A stretch of DNA of 64,000 bases from Candidatus Heimdallarchaeota archaeon (lineage in GTDB: Archaea > Asgardarchaeota > Heimdallarchaeia > Hodarchaeales > Hodarchaeaceae): the NCBI GenBank assembly GCA_011364965.1, contig RDOB01000002.1, positions 320,001 through 384,000 on the forward strand. The letters are read 5' to 3'. Both the position numbers and the translations under genes were made by a program. Positions 1 through 10,277 of this stretch are shown here, piece by piece. The stretch's first letter is position 1. Every line of letters begins with the position of its first letter. A model generated the notes under the pieces. The model worked only from the letters and a program-made list of their open reading frames with translations, was not told the DNA's origin and ran no database searches.

Positions 1-711
1 CTTTCATTGAATAAAATCCAAGAGGAACGTGGATTAGCACCTGAATTTCCTGGAATTGGGAAAGTAAAATTACCTGAGAGCCTTTGGGATGAATTTTTCA
101 TCGATTTATTTTTAATGTATATTGCTCCTTTCTTATTCTTTGCTCTTCCGCCATTTTTTTCTTTAATCATGGCTCTACTAGGATATAATCCCTTAATTGG
201 ATTTGGAATTGGATTGCTAGTATTCGCTTTGATTTGGAAGTGGAGAAGAAATGAAAAATATCCAAAAGTAAATGATAATGATCCAACACTTACAGTTGTT
301 CATTGTTTAACAGATCAAACAAAGAACTCATTCTATGAAGCTTCCCCATTAAGAGGAAAACCAGCTGTTTTTGAGGGTAAAGTTGTAGGGCGAGGTATAC
401 CAGGGTTCTTCCTTAGTGAAGATTTGGTAATTCAGGACAAAACAGGGATAATTACTCTTGATTATTCTCCTATTCTAGGATTTATGTCATGGATTTTTGC
501 TTTATTCCGTGTTCCCAAGCTACAAGGACAAATGGTTAAAGCATATGGGTGGTATCATCGCAGTCCAACTCCCATATTGTCTGTATGGAAGATTAAAACT
601 GAAACTGGTCAAACATTCAAAAATCGTTGGTCTGGAGCCAATTGGTTATTTATGTGGATAGTTATTCTTTTGGGAATAATCTCAATAGCTTTTGGATTCT
701 TTCCTATTTAA
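1..711 (+). CDS. C-terminal part of a membrane protein, probably an M48/HtpX-like protease with a C-terminal OB-fold-like domain (5' truncated)
   Basis: Frame is open from base 1. TM helices plus 'GKVVGRGIPGFFLSEDLVIQDKTGIITLDY', which resembles the C-terminus of long HtpX-family proteins. The catalytic motif is not in the window. Confidence 0.55.
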   Translation, partial: LSLNKIQEERGLAPEFPGIGKVKLPESLWDEFFIDLFLMYIAPFLFFALPPFFSLIMALLGYNPLIGFGIGLLVFALIWKWRRNEKYPKVNDNDPTLTVVHCLTDQTKNSFYEASPLRGKPAVFEGKVVGRGIPGFFLSEDLVIQDKTGIITLDYSPILGFMSWIFALFRVPKLQGQMVKAYGWYHRSPTPILSVWKIKTETGQTFKNRWSGANWLFMWIVILLGIISIAFGFFPI

Positions 712-1567
712 TTTCCACATTCTCTCTTTTTCTTTCTTCCATTAATCCCACATTTTTTCTGTATTCCCTTTGGGAATGAAGTTTTTCAAGATCTACAATT
801 TTGAGAAAAGTTCCTCTTTCCCCATTTTTCATAGTATTAATGATATTGGTACCCACGGTATCTGAATTTTTAAATCTCCATGAGGGATCAGCTAAACAAC
901 TGGCTCCCACAGAGTAATATGGTTCTCTAATGACTTGTTCTGCCATATCACTTACTGTTACAATGATTGCAGCTTCTTTCGCTCGTACAACCGCGAGATT
1001 GTACCACATAAATCGGCCATAATTGGTGTAATCTATTGAGGGAACTACAGTTAATGTTGGACAGAATAAGATATCTATTTCGGTTTCTAAAAGTTTTAAA
1101 ATTCCATTTACATTCCATAAATCACTACAAATTCGTATTGCAGCTTTCCAACCTGAGAGGTTCCAAATAAGTTCTTTATCACCTTTAGTAAATCCTTGAG
1201 TTTTCTCATATCCAAAAGGATTCTGTTTATCATAATATCCCAATAACTTGCCTGATGAATTAAATAGATGGGTTCTGTTATATAATTGTTCAATTTCTTT
1301 TACTACTTGACTACCACCAATTATCCAAGAGGAATGCTCTTTAGCTATTCTTTCTAAGAAATTTAGGGATTTGAAGTATGTAGTTTCAGAAACTGCTTCT
1401 TTCCTCAATCCATTCCAATACTCTGGAAAACAGATTGCTGTTTGATTCTCACGAAATCCGTTAATGTTGCAGTTTAGGAGAGCTTCATATTCTAACAAAT
1501 TAGAGTCGAGTTGATTTAATTGAAGCGATGGTTGAAGTACAAGAATTTCGAGTTTATCTGATGACAT
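704..1567 (-). CDS. Carbon-nitrogen hydrolase (nitrilase superfamily)
   Basis: E-K-C triad contexts FPEYW, YYDKQNPF and ICSDLW. Confidence 0.88.
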   Translation of the reverse strand: MSSDKLEILVLQPSLQLNQLDSNLLEYEALLNCNINGFRENQTAICFPEYWNGLRKEAVSETTYFKSLNFLERIAKEHSSWIIGGSQVVKEIEQLYNRTHLFNSSGKLLGYYDKQNPFGYEKTQGFTKGDKELIWNLSGWKAAIRICSDLWNVNGILKLLETEIDILFCPTLTVVPSIDYTNYGRFMWYNLAVVRAKEAAIIVTVSDMAEQVIREPYYSVGASCLADPSWRFKNSDTVGTNIINTMKNGERGTFLKIVDLEKLHSQREYRKNVGLMEERKRENVEIK

Positions 1568-1569
1568 TC

Positions 1570-2736
1570 TTATTGAATCCTAGATAGAACAATCTCCATG
1601 ATATCAATAGATCGTATTGAAGACCTAAGACGATTAAGGTGTTCATCTATATTTATTTGACATGCCGGGCAAGCATTTAAACAATAATCAACATTCTGAT
1701 CTTCAAGTTGCTGGATCAAAGCTTCAGCTACATCTTCTGCAATTTCAGGGTAATTGGCTTTTACTAATCCACCAGCACCGCAACATAAGGCATTCTCTCT
1801 GTTATTTTCCATTTCACAATTTTTAATCCCAGGAAGAAGATTAATTAGTTCTCTAGCATGTTCATATTCCCCACAGTGTCTTCCCAATTCACATGGATCT
1901 TTAAAAGAAACTTTTATGGATTTATTATTGGTAAATTTAAATTTATTTTTTTTAATAAGTGAAATAATATAATCCATATGCGTGATGACCTTAAAAGGGA
2001 GACTCTTCCCTATAATTTTGGGATATTCTTTTGTGAAGACCCTAAAGCATCCAGCACATGAAATTATAAGAGTTTTAATTCCCAATCTTTCAATCTCATG
2101 AATATTATGCTTTGCCAATTCTAAAGCTTTATTTGGTTGTCCACCTAAGAGATAAGGGTTTCCACAGCAATATTCTGATGGTGAAAAGACAGATATCTTT
2201 TCATTTGCCTTCTCAACTAGTTTTAAAAGGGAAACTGGAGCCCCTGAAGCCCTTGCAGAATAGGATGAAACACACCCGATGAAATATCCAACTTGAGCTT
2301 TTCTATTTACAAATTTATTATATAAAGATTCAACTTCTGAGGCCCAAAAACTCCGATCTTCTTGGTCTAATCCATAGAAATTGTTGTTAACCTTTAGATT
2401 ACTAAACATTCTTTTTGTATGAAAAGGAATATAATCTTGAACCATAGTTTTTAATTCAGAATATACCTCAGTTAAGGGGATGTCAAGCATGCATTCCTGT
2501 TCACATGCTGCGCAAAAAGTGCATTGAAATAAACCTTTTGAGAGAGCTTGTAACCCCTCTTCCTTTTTTAGCCTTCCATCTGCAAGATTTCGGGATGTAA
2601 TCATTTTTCCTCTCCCTGTTACTATCTCATGCTTTACAGAAAGATATGTAGGGCAAGCAGCATTATTATTTACGCAATACGCGCAATAAGCACAGATATA
2701 GAGCTCGTTGAAATATTTCAAAGCCTTTAAGTTCAA
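1570..2736 (-). CDS. Fe-S oxidoreductase, HdrD/GlpC-like (4Fe-4S dicluster plus two CCG domains)
   Basis: CAYCAYC..CP, CTFCAACEQEC, EYCCG, SCAGC, DPCELGR, LCCGAGG, ACPAC. Confidence 0.9.
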   Translation of the reverse strand: MNLKALKYFNELYICAYCAYCVNNNAACPTYLSVKHEIVTGRGKMITSRNLADGRLKKEEGLQALSKGLFQCTFCAACEQECMLDIPLTEVYSELKTMVQDYIPFHTKRMFSNLKVNNNFYGLDQEDRSFWASEVESLYNKFVNRKAQVGYFIGCVSSYSARASGAPVSLLKLVEKANEKISVFSPSEYCCGNPYLLGGQPNKALELAKHNIHEIERLGIKTLIISCAGCFRVFTKEYPKIIGKSLPFKVITHMDYIISLIKKNKFKFTNNKSIKVSFKDPCELGRHCGEYEHARELINLLPGIKNCEMENNRENALCCGAGGLVKANYPEIAEDVAEALIQQLEDQNVDYCLNACPACQINIDEHLNRLRSSIRSIDIMEIVLSRIQ

Positions 2737-2805
2737 AATTACGATCCCCGAGATAAGTTGACTTGATTTAAGTTTCTGACCTCTTTTTAGCTTTTCTTAA
2801 TTAAT

Positions 2806-3693
2806 CTAAAAAGGAACATATCCATGTGCCATTAAGAATTCCTGTTCTTCGGGTGTTAAACTTTCTCCAGTGTCACGTTTTTTAAGAAGAAGTTTTATTT
2901 TGTCGTCAATTTCACTGAATGCTTCCTTTTTTGTTTCCTCGGAGAGTAATTTCTTTAAATTAATAATTTTTCCTTTTAATGCGTCTAATTCTTCCTGCTT
3001 AGCCTCAATATTGACTTTAAGCTCCTCGACTTTTTGTAAATGAGAAACAAAATCTTGGTGGGCCTTATCTTCTTCTTCCTTCAGAGGTTTAATGCGATCA
3101 TACATCTTTTGTACTTTAATAGATAATAATTTTCGATCTGCTTCCTCTTGTGAAATTTGCTTTTCAATTTCCGAGATTTCTTGCTCAATTTTTTCCTTGG
3201 ATTCTGGAATATCACCCAGATAATCAGCTACAATCGCTTCATTTTTTTTCTCTAAAAGTGAAATCCTCTCTTCAATACGTCTTATCTCATCCACTAATAC
3301 TTCCTCATCGTCCCGGGATAGACTGCTCGTTTGTTGCTTAAATTCAAGTTCATATAACTGATATTTTAGTTCGACAATAGTTAGCTTTTCGAGTTCATCT
3401 GAGGACAGGATTTTGAAAACAGGTCCTTCAGTTCGTTTAGCTTCCCTCCGTAGGAAATCACGACGCTTTTTCAACATTTCCAAAGTATTTCGAGAATGAT
3501 CTTGAGACTGCATCTCCGGCGCGGTTTTTTCCAACAATCCCTGCCTTTCCAATTTTTTCCTGTCTCGCAATTTTCTGAAATGTGTCGTTAATTTTTGTTG
3601 TTCCCTTAAACTATCTCTCATAATTTTAATTTCAGCAATTAATGTCGATTGTTGTTCGTAATGAAGTTTTAATTGATCCTTGGTAGATTTCAC
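2806..3693 (-). CDS. Archaeal coiled-coil protein (COG1340-like)
   Basis: Heptad-rich E/K/Q sequence, central 'LEFKQQTSSLSRDDEEVLVDEIRRIE' and C-terminal 'KRDTGESLTPEEQEFL'. Confidence 0.6.
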   Translation of the reverse strand: MKSTKDQLKLHYEQQSTLIAEIKIMRDSLREQQKLTTHFRKLRDRKKLERQGLLEKTAPEMQSQDHSRNTLEMLKKRRDFLRREAKRTEGPVFKILSSDELEKLTIVELKYQLYELEFKQQTSSLSRDDEEVLVDEIRRIEERISLLEKKNEAIVADYLGDIPESKEKIEQEISEIEKQISQEEADRKLLSIKVQKMYDRIKPLKEEEDKAHQDFVSHLQKVEELKVNIEAKQEELDALKGKIINLKKLLSEETKKEAFSEIDDKIKLLLKKRDTGESLTPEEQEFLMAHGYVPF

Positions 3694-3944
3694 GCGTATC
3701 AGTCCGTTTAATTTCTTTATACTTACGCATTATATATTTTAATGTAAATCGATAGCAAATTATTATATTTAAGGGTTATAATTGATTACTTCAACAAGGT
3801 TTTTTTATTTGGAAGAATTCTTAAGAGGCTATCTCTATTACTTTGAATTAACACATTAAAGTTCTGAACTGAGATTCTAAAGAAATAATTACATATTTTT
3901 AGCAAAAATTGGATTCAGTTATTTTAAAATGAAGAGGAAGCAGT

Positions 3945-4466
3945 ATGGATTTTTTTGAGGTAGTTATTCGGAATAAACGGTTTGAATCGTTCGATTCTGA
4001 ACATATGTTAACTTCTGACCAAATCAAACAGCTTTTAGCTTGTGCTCAGCTTGCTCCATCGTTATCAGATATTCAAAACTTTACCTATATCATAATTGAT
4101 GAAAAAATACTAAAGGAAAAAATTGCTGAATTTTCTCCTAACTTTGAATGGATCAAGAATGCATCTGCAATTTTCGCTGTTGTTGTTTTAATAAGAGAAG
4201 AGGATGATACAAATATAATCGATGCTATTATAGCTAGTTCCCAGTTGATGATGGCTACTGTAATTAATAATCTAGGTTATTCTCTTATTGTAGATTTTGA
4301 TCAGAAAGCCATTGGGGAAATTTTAGGTTTAAAAGATCCCACTTTGGAAGTGATTGCATTAATACCTGTAGGAAAACCACTTGATAAAGGAACTCAAGGA
4401 TATAAAAGAACTATAGCGGAATTAAGCAATCATAACTATTTAGGACATCCATTAAAATTTCCATAA
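3945..4466 (+). CDS. Nitroreductase family protein
   Basis: 'QLLACAQLAPS..IQNF' and 'VIALIPVGKP' match the nitroreductase pattern. Confidence 0.85.
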   Translation: MDFFEVVIRNKRFESFDSEHMLTSDQIKQLLACAQLAPSLSDIQNFTYIIIDEKILKEKIAEFSPNFEWIKNASAIFAVVVLIREEDDTNIIDAIIASSQLMMATVINNLGYSLIVDFDQKAIGEILGLKDPTLEVIALIPVGKPLDKGTQGYKRTIAELSNHNYLGHPLKFP

Positions 4467-4499
4467 CAATTTGGGGACAGAAATAGGACGAAAAATAGA

Positions 4500-4997
4500 A
4501 TGAGTTCATCTTTTTTGGTATTTTCTGTGGATATTAATAAATATGCAATCACAATTGCAGAATTAGAAAGCATTCTTGAATTTCCTAATTCTTTTCTAAA
4601 TAATACTTATCAAAATGAAATCATTTATGAAAAGCTGAGGCGAATTCCAATTTTTAATTCACATGCTATTTTACGATTTAAAAATCCCGAGATGACAATT
4701 ACCCCCCATTCAAGAATTTTAATGATAAAAAAAGGGAAAAAATTAAATCAAATTGGCATCGGAGTTGATTCAATAAACAGTATCGTGAAAGGAATTCATA
4801 AGGAAGGAATTAAACAAAGAGACACTGATGAACTAAGTTCTAACTCTATATCTTATAATTCAAAAAATATTCCAGTTTTTAAACCTCAGAATTATATTCA
4901 AGAATATAGAGTTCCAAAAAAATCAGAGATTAATTTCTTTAAAAGAAAATATAAAAAGGATTATAGTAGAGCCTACTACACAGGATATAAATCATAG
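4500..4997 (+). CDS. CheW-like domain protein (divergent)
   Basis: 'FLVFSVDINKYAITIAELESIL', 'RRIPIFN' and 'IGIGVDSINSIV' follow the CheW pattern. Confidence 0.7.
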   Translation: MSSSFLVFSVDINKYAITIAELESILEFPNSFLNNTYQNEIIYEKLRRIPIFNSHAILRFKNPEMTITPHSRILMIKKGKKLNQIGIGVDSINSIVKGIHKEGIKQRDTDELSSNSISYNSKNIPVFKPQNYIQEYRVPKKSEINFFKRKYKKDYSRAYYTGYKS

Positions 4998-5006
4998 GGG
5001 ATTCGA

Positions 5007-6458
5007 GTGGAAATCGCTGTACAAGAAATTAGAGTATTTTGTTTATGCGAGAATAAACAAGCTATTCAAAATTTTCTGAAATCTGCATTATCAAAGACCG
5101 ATGTCATAAGATTTATCATTGATTTCACTTATTCAGGAATAAAATCGACTGCTATATATTCAGGATTCACTCTGAAGTCATACCAAATATCAAGGAAACT
5201 AACAAAGGATTGGATCCCCACCACCTTTCTTTCTGGAATTAGAACCCTTTTAGAGGAATTTCCTCTTTCAGGATTACGGTCCAGCTTTTATTTAAATTTT
5301 TCCAAGGTAAAAATTCCAATAGATCTCGTTGAATGTTTGGAAAACCAATTGAAAGATTTTGTTTCTGAATATGAGACTTCTGCTTCTTATTATTCAATAT
5401 TTCTGGAGAGAGGATATGAAAGAAAGATACTAAATCAACTCTCTCTTAGATATCCCTTTATCTGCTTTGAAAACGGGCATGTACTACCAAATTTTTTCTA
5501 TAATACTGAAAAACTAAATAAATTCCCGAATAAATTAAAAGAGCTATATCTTCCAATAGAGTTACTTTTAGATGAATTAGATAGGAATAAATTGGAGAGA
5601 GATCAGCTAAAAAAAGAATTATTCCTTCAATCAACTCAAAATAACATACTGGAAGCAACTCTGTCAACTTTTTTAGCAATGGAAAAAGAACAGCGTGAAA
5701 AGGGAATAGAAAGCACCCCTGCAGACATGATTTCTCTTCTAGATTACAAAGAACTCCGAAAACGCTTTGATGAAAAGTCACAAATACTTTCATCTGTAAC
5801 TCACGATTTAAAATCCCCTCTTTCTGCTATTCAGGGTTTTGCTGAGCTTATGAAAGAAGGGATGGCTGGAGATATATCTGAGGATATGAAAAAGCATCTT
5901 GAGGTTATAATTAGAAATGCAAAACGCTTGAGTATTATGGTTGATTCTATTCTTGAATTTGAAAGTTATGATAGATCTGAATATGTTCTATCCAGAGAAG
6001 TTGTTAATTTAGTTGAGTTATTGAATGACGCAAAAATGTCTGTGCTCCCCCGAATGCTCCAAAAAAATCAAAAAGTTAATATTTATACTCCTGATACCTT
6101 GGAGATTGTAGCTAATCGTGAATTACTTTTAAGAGTGATACAAAATTTATTAGATAACGGAATTAAATATTCCCCAAGAGATACGGGGTTAATTGAAGTC
6201 TTTGCAGAAGAGAAGGTGAAAAATAAACAACCCTATGTTAAAATAACAATAAAAGATAATGGTTTTGGCTTTAAACCCGAAGAAGTGAAAAAAGCCTTTA
6301 TTCCTTTCACTCGGTTTGAAGCAGGTATTAGTTCTACTGGACTTGGTCTTTCTATTTCTAAGAAGATAATTGAGGATCTTCATTATGGAACAATTGAAAT
6401 TAGCTCTCCTGGAAAACAAAAAGGAACAACTTTGGTGATTACGTTACCCAAATCGTAA
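5007..6458 (+). CDS. Cytoplasmic sensor histidine kinase with a probable degenerate N-terminal MEDS domain
   Basis: H box THDLKSPL, N box NLLDNGIKY, G1 DNGFG, G2 TGLGL. The N-terminal domain ends 'LRYPFICFENGHVLPNFFY', like MEDS. Confidence 0.9.
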   Translation: MEIAVQEIRVFCLCENKQAIQNFLKSALSKTDVIRFIIDFTYSGIKSTAIYSGFTLKSYQISRKLTKDWIPTTFLSGIRTLLEEFPLSGLRSSFYLNFSKVKIPIDLVECLENQLKDFVSEYETSASYYSIFLERGYERKILNQLSLRYPFICFENGHVLPNFFYNTEKLNKFPNKLKELYLPIELLLDELDRNKLERDQLKKELFLQSTQNNILEATLSTFLAMEKEQREKGIESTPADMISLLDYKELRKRFDEKSQILSSVTHDLKSPLSAIQGFAELMKEGMAGDISEDMKKHLEVIIRNAKRLSIMVDSILEFESYDRSEYVLSREVVNLVELLNDAKMSVLPRMLQKNQKVNIYTPDTLEIVANRELLLRVIQNLLDNGIKYSPRDTGLIEVFAEEKVKNKQPYVKITIKDNGFGFKPEEVKKAFIPFTRFEAGISSTGLGLSISKKIIEDLHYGTIEISSPGKQKGTTLVITLPKS

Positions 6459-6596
6459 TAAAATTACATAATTTCTAGAATATAATTTAAATTGATATCA
6501 TTCCTCATCTATTTGATTACTCAAATCTTAAAAATATCAATAACTTGTCCTAAACATAGGCATATCCTTTATGATTGAAGTAAGGACTGAAAACCC

Positions 6597-6926
6597 TTGG
6601 ACGTAAATCCTTTAAAATTACTTGAAAAGGAATATACTCTGCTTATACTACAGTATCTTCATTTGAATCCAAATGGAAGAACATTCGAACAAATTTGTTC
6701 ATCAATTGATCACCGCGCTGTTCCTAGTATGGTTAATTCAAGATTGAATACTCTAAGGGAACTTGGTTTAGTGATCCGTATAAAGAGTGAGAAAGAGTTT
6801 GAATATTTGTTTGCCCTTTCAAATCGTGGAAGGTATGCGAGTGAAATTGTTTGGGATTTATTTCGAATCATCCTCAATCCACGAGACTCGGATGAGGATC
6901 CCGATATGATAGATTTCTATAAATAA
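6597..6926 (+). CDS. Winged-helix (HxlR-like) transcriptional regulator
   Basis: 'PSMVNSRLNTLRELGLVIR...YLFALSNRGR'. Confidence 0.8.
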   Translation: MDVNPLKLLEKEYTLLILQYLHLNPNGRTFEQICSSIDHRAVPSMVNSRLNTLRELGLVIRIKSEKEFEYLFALSNRGRYASEIVWDLFRIILNPRDSDEDPDMIDFYK

Positions 6927-7162
6927 TGGGAGACAGAGTAAGTTACGTCAAGTAGTAGGATCTATTTTGACGAAAAGGGATATTTAACCCTATGTTCATA
7001 TTATAAGAGGATTCTAATAATCCCTTTTTTCTTCTTGATCAATTTTTTATAAGCGCAAATTTCCAGCTTATTTGCTTGAAAAGCTAAATAATTGAAACTT
7101 AATTAATAAATTGGACAGACTTTCTTTACTATTTTCGCGATATTGAAACAAGTGGATTCCTT

Positions 7163-8188
7163 ATGTCTTTTTCTGATCAAAAAATGCAAAATTTATTGAA
7201 AAAACAGAAATATCAACTATATGGAAAAAACACCTCAGTAAAGAAATGTAGATGGACCCATAATGCCTTAAGAGAAAACAGGTACTGCTATAAAAGATTT
7301 TATGGAATTCGTTCTCATCAATGTATTCAATTCTCCCCAACACTTATCTGTAATTTCTCATGTCAATTTTGCTGGCGTATTCATGAACGTGACATTGATT
7401 TACCTGATATGTATGATTCCTATAGAAACCGTGATAAAGATAAATTGGAATTAATGTTTGATAGACCAAAAGAGGTCATAAAAGGTATTTTATTGGGACA
7501 AAAGAGAATAATCTGTGGCTATAAACCATTTGTAGATTTGGAAAAGTATAATGAAGCAATGAATCCCAAGCATGCAACTTTATCACTAACAGGAGAACCT
7601 TTTCTCTATCCCTGGATTCCTGAATTAATAAATGAGCTAAAAGCATTAGGAATGACCGTATTTATAGTCACTAATGGAAGTGTTCCTGAAACCCTTCTTG
7701 AAATACTAGAAAAAACTAGCTTTCCAACACAATTATATGTAACACTTCCTGCACCTGGCGAGAAGCTTTTTCTTCGAACTCACCGTCCTGCTGAGAAATT
7801 AAGTGCAATGCGAAAAATTTGGAGCACTCTAGAAATAATCGGAGCTGGGGTACCCTTTCGAACCGTTGGGCGTCTTACAGTGGCTGAAGGTCTGAATTTA
7901 GTGGATCCTGAAGGGTATGCTAAAATGATCAGCGTAATGAAACCATCTTTCATTGAAGTGAAAGGTGTTGTTCATGTAGGAGCAGCTGAGAAACGTTTAC
8001 CAAGATCTGTGATGCCCTCACATAAAAAAATTGTTTCTTTTTCGCTAGAATTAGAAAAATTAACAGGTTATAAATTGGTAAAACAGTCTCAGGTCAGCAG
8101 ACTAGTTATTCTCACTAACAATTCATATCCCCTTCTTATTCCAGAATTGCAATCGAATGCAGATTTACTACCTAATGAAGACGATTGA
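7163..8188 (+). CDS. taw1: 4-demethylwyosine synthase Taw1/TYW1 (radical SAM)
   Basis: VKKCRWT, CYKRFYGIRSHQCIQ, CNFSCQFCWR, SLTGEP, FIEVKG. Confidence 0.95.
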   Translation: MSFSDQKMQNLLKKQKYQLYGKNTSVKKCRWTHNALRENRYCYKRFYGIRSHQCIQFSPTLICNFSCQFCWRIHERDIDLPDMYDSYRNRDKDKLELMFDRPKEVIKGILLGQKRIICGYKPFVDLEKYNEAMNPKHATLSLTGEPFLYPWIPELINELKALGMTVFIVTNGSVPETLLEILEKTSFPTQLYVTLPAPGEKLFLRTHRPAEKLSAMRKIWSTLEIIGAGVPFRTVGRLTVAEGLNLVDPEGYAKMISVMKPSFIEVKGVVHVGAAEKRLPRSVMPSHKKIVSFSLELEKLTGYKLVKQSQVSRLVILTNNSYPLLIPELQSNADLLPNEDD

Positions 8189-8270
8189 ATCTAATAAGGA
8201 GCTCTTTTAATAATACCATTTATTCAAAGAATACAGAAGTAATGTACCAATAAGCTTTGGTGGATTATAA

Positions 8271-8474
8271 TTGAAAATCATTGAAAAAACCGTGGATAAT
8301 ACAACTTGTATAAGGATGAGATCAGGATCTATTGTTGAAGTACATATAATAACTCAAGAGGATGGAAACAAAACTCTAGCTATCGAACATGAAAATACAA
8401 AATTAGCGTTCAATGATACGGAAATAAAGGATTTTGTAAAACTCTTTGATGAATTCTTGAATTCTGTGAAATGA
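8271..8474 (+). CDS. Small hypothetical protein, paralogous to the N-terminus of the next gene
   Basis: GGTGG upstream of a TTG start; aligns by eye with residues 1-64 of 8489..9556. Confidence 0.7.
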   Translation: MKIIEKTVDNTTCIRMRSGSIVEVHIITQEDGNKTLAIEHENTKLAFNDTEIKDFVKLFDEFLNSVK

Positions 8475-8488
8475 TGGGGTGACTCTAG

Positions 8489-9556
8489 ATGAAAATTGAA
8501 TATGAAAACAAGAATACAATTTCTTGGTGTATTGATCGTTCGGATCACTCTAAGATATGTTTTAACGCGATTTCAATGACAGGAAAATTAGAATCAATAA
8601 AAATAAGCGGAGAAGACTTTATATTGGAATTTGAGTACGAAGAGGCTCTTAAATTCCTAGAAATTCTGAAATCTCTAGTATTCACTGAAACTGACTATTT
8701 ATTGACAAGTGATATACCTATTCCTGAAGATGAATCTTATATTTCCGAAGAAAGGTCCCCCTTGGCTGAAATAGAAGATGCCAAAAAAAGTGATATTGGA
8801 CTTGGTACATCTTACTCATATGAACCAGAGTTTAAAGAATCTTATGCAGAAGGAAAGGAAGAAATTGCACCGAAGGAACCCTCCGAAACATTAGAGTATG
8901 AACGTGCTTTTTCTCAAAGAATTGAATCAGTTAAAAGTCAATTTAGTGAATCCTTAATCGAAGAACGCAAAGAAATGATTGAAAACCTTCCTGAACCATC
9001 AGAAATTCTTAATGTAATCCAAACTACTCAAGAATCCTTTGATGAAAGTATGGATAAAGTATTTTCTACCGATGAATTAGATTCTACTCCCAAAGCTCCC
9101 ATAGAAGAGGTTGTTTCAAAAGCTACACCCCCATCCATTTTAAAATTTAGCGAATTATCCCGTACTGAGTTAGATACTGCTTCTTTCTTCCACGAGACGG
9201 AAGAAAAAAGTCCCCTTGAACTTTTACTTGAGGAAGACAAAATTGATTCCATAGGTGTCTCTGATCCCTTTGAAGATATTGATGAAACTTCAAAACGAAC
9301 CTTTTCTCCCGAAGATATGCAAACTCGTTCTTTTATAAGTAAATTTGATAAAGAGCTTAGCTCAAATGAGTTAGAGAGCTCGACATCGGTTCCAGATGCT
9401 GTGGAAGAACCAAGGGATAAGATAAAGTCCGATGAACCAATAGCAACAATCCAAAAACAGCCAATATCAATGACAGAAGAAGAAAGGAAACAAAAAATCG
9501 AAAAAGAAAGAGCAGAGCGACGTCGAAGATTATGGGAGTTAACTAGAGGATTTTAA
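8489..9556 (+). CDS. Hypothetical protein: small N-terminal domain, long acidic disordered region, charged C-terminal helix
   Basis: 355-aa ORF with a GGGGTGA SD, an E/S/P/D-rich middle and the C-terminus EERKQKIEKERAERRRRLWELTRGF. Confidence 0.8.
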   Translation: MKIEYENKNTISWCIDRSDHSKICFNAISMTGKLESIKISGEDFILEFEYEEALKFLEILKSLVFTETDYLLTSDIPIPEDESYISEERSPLAEIEDAKKSDIGLGTSYSYEPEFKESYAEGKEEIAPKEPSETLEYERAFSQRIESVKSQFSESLIEERKEMIENLPEPSEILNVIQTTQESFDESMDKVFSTDELDSTPKAPIEEVVSKATPPSILKFSELSRTELDTASFFHETEEKSPLELLLEEDKIDSIGVSDPFEDIDETSKRTFSPEDMQTRSFISKFDKELSSNELESSTSVPDAVEEPRDKIKSDEPIATIQKQPISMTEEERKQKIEKERAERRRRLWELTRGF

Positions 9557-9586
9557 TTTTCAATTGTAGCCTTTTTTTACATTTTC

Positions 9587-10258
9587 ATGGTGATTTTTAT
9601 GGCAAATTTGGCTATTACTGCACTAGTTTTTGATGCTGGGGATATTCTGGTTCACAGTAAAGGGGATATAGAACTTGAATCATGGAGAGAAATATCAGGT
9701 TATTTCAAAATCTGGGGGATTCCATTAGAGGATTATACTAAATATTTTTTACAATTTAATACCAGATTGAGAGAATTTGGATTAAAACAAAACTCCAAGA
9801 AAATAGTAATATCCCTCCAAAGCTCTAATCGAAAGGATTTGTGTTTACCAGTAAAATTATTAGAGCAATATGAAGCAGAAAAATGGTGGATGAACCCTGC
9901 TCCAGGATTGAAACAATTCATCGAGGAACTCAAAACTTTTAAATTTAAAATTGGTATTTTAACGGACAGTGTATTACCAGTAGTTAAAATTAGAGAAGTT
10001 TTACATGATATATCCCCAATGGTGGATTCAGTTGTTTCCTCTCGTGAATTCGGGAAACAGAAACCAGATATAGGAATATACAACCATATACTTTCGAGAT
10101 TGAAGGTAACAAATTCTAGTCTTGCATTATTTATCGGTCACGATTATGAGGAATTGGAAGGAGCTAAGAGAGTGGGAATGAGAATTTTAAGCATTAAAGA
10201 GTCGATAGACCTTTCGCTTCTCTATTCGAAAATTCTAGAAAATATTCAAATTACATGA
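9587..10258 (+). CDS. HAD-superfamily hydrolase
   Basis: VFDAGDIL, ILTD, KPD, FIGHDYEELEGA. Confidence 0.85.
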   Translation: MVIFMANLAITALVFDAGDILVHSKGDIELESWREISGYFKIWGIPLEDYTKYFLQFNTRLREFGLKQNSKKIVISLQSSNRKDLCLPVKLLEQYEAEKWWMNPAPGLKQFIEELKTFKFKIGILTDSVLPVVKIREVLHDISPMVDSVVSSREFGKQKPDIGIYNHILSRLKVTNSSLALFIGHDYEELEGAKRVGMRILSIKESIDLSLLYSKILENIQIT

Positions 10259-10277
10259 TTTTTTTGGATGTAAAAAT

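Noticed and set aside
2806-3693. Eukaryotic-type cytoskeletal protein
   Set aside because: Better explained as a member of a widespread archaeal coiled-coil family; the similarity is compositional.
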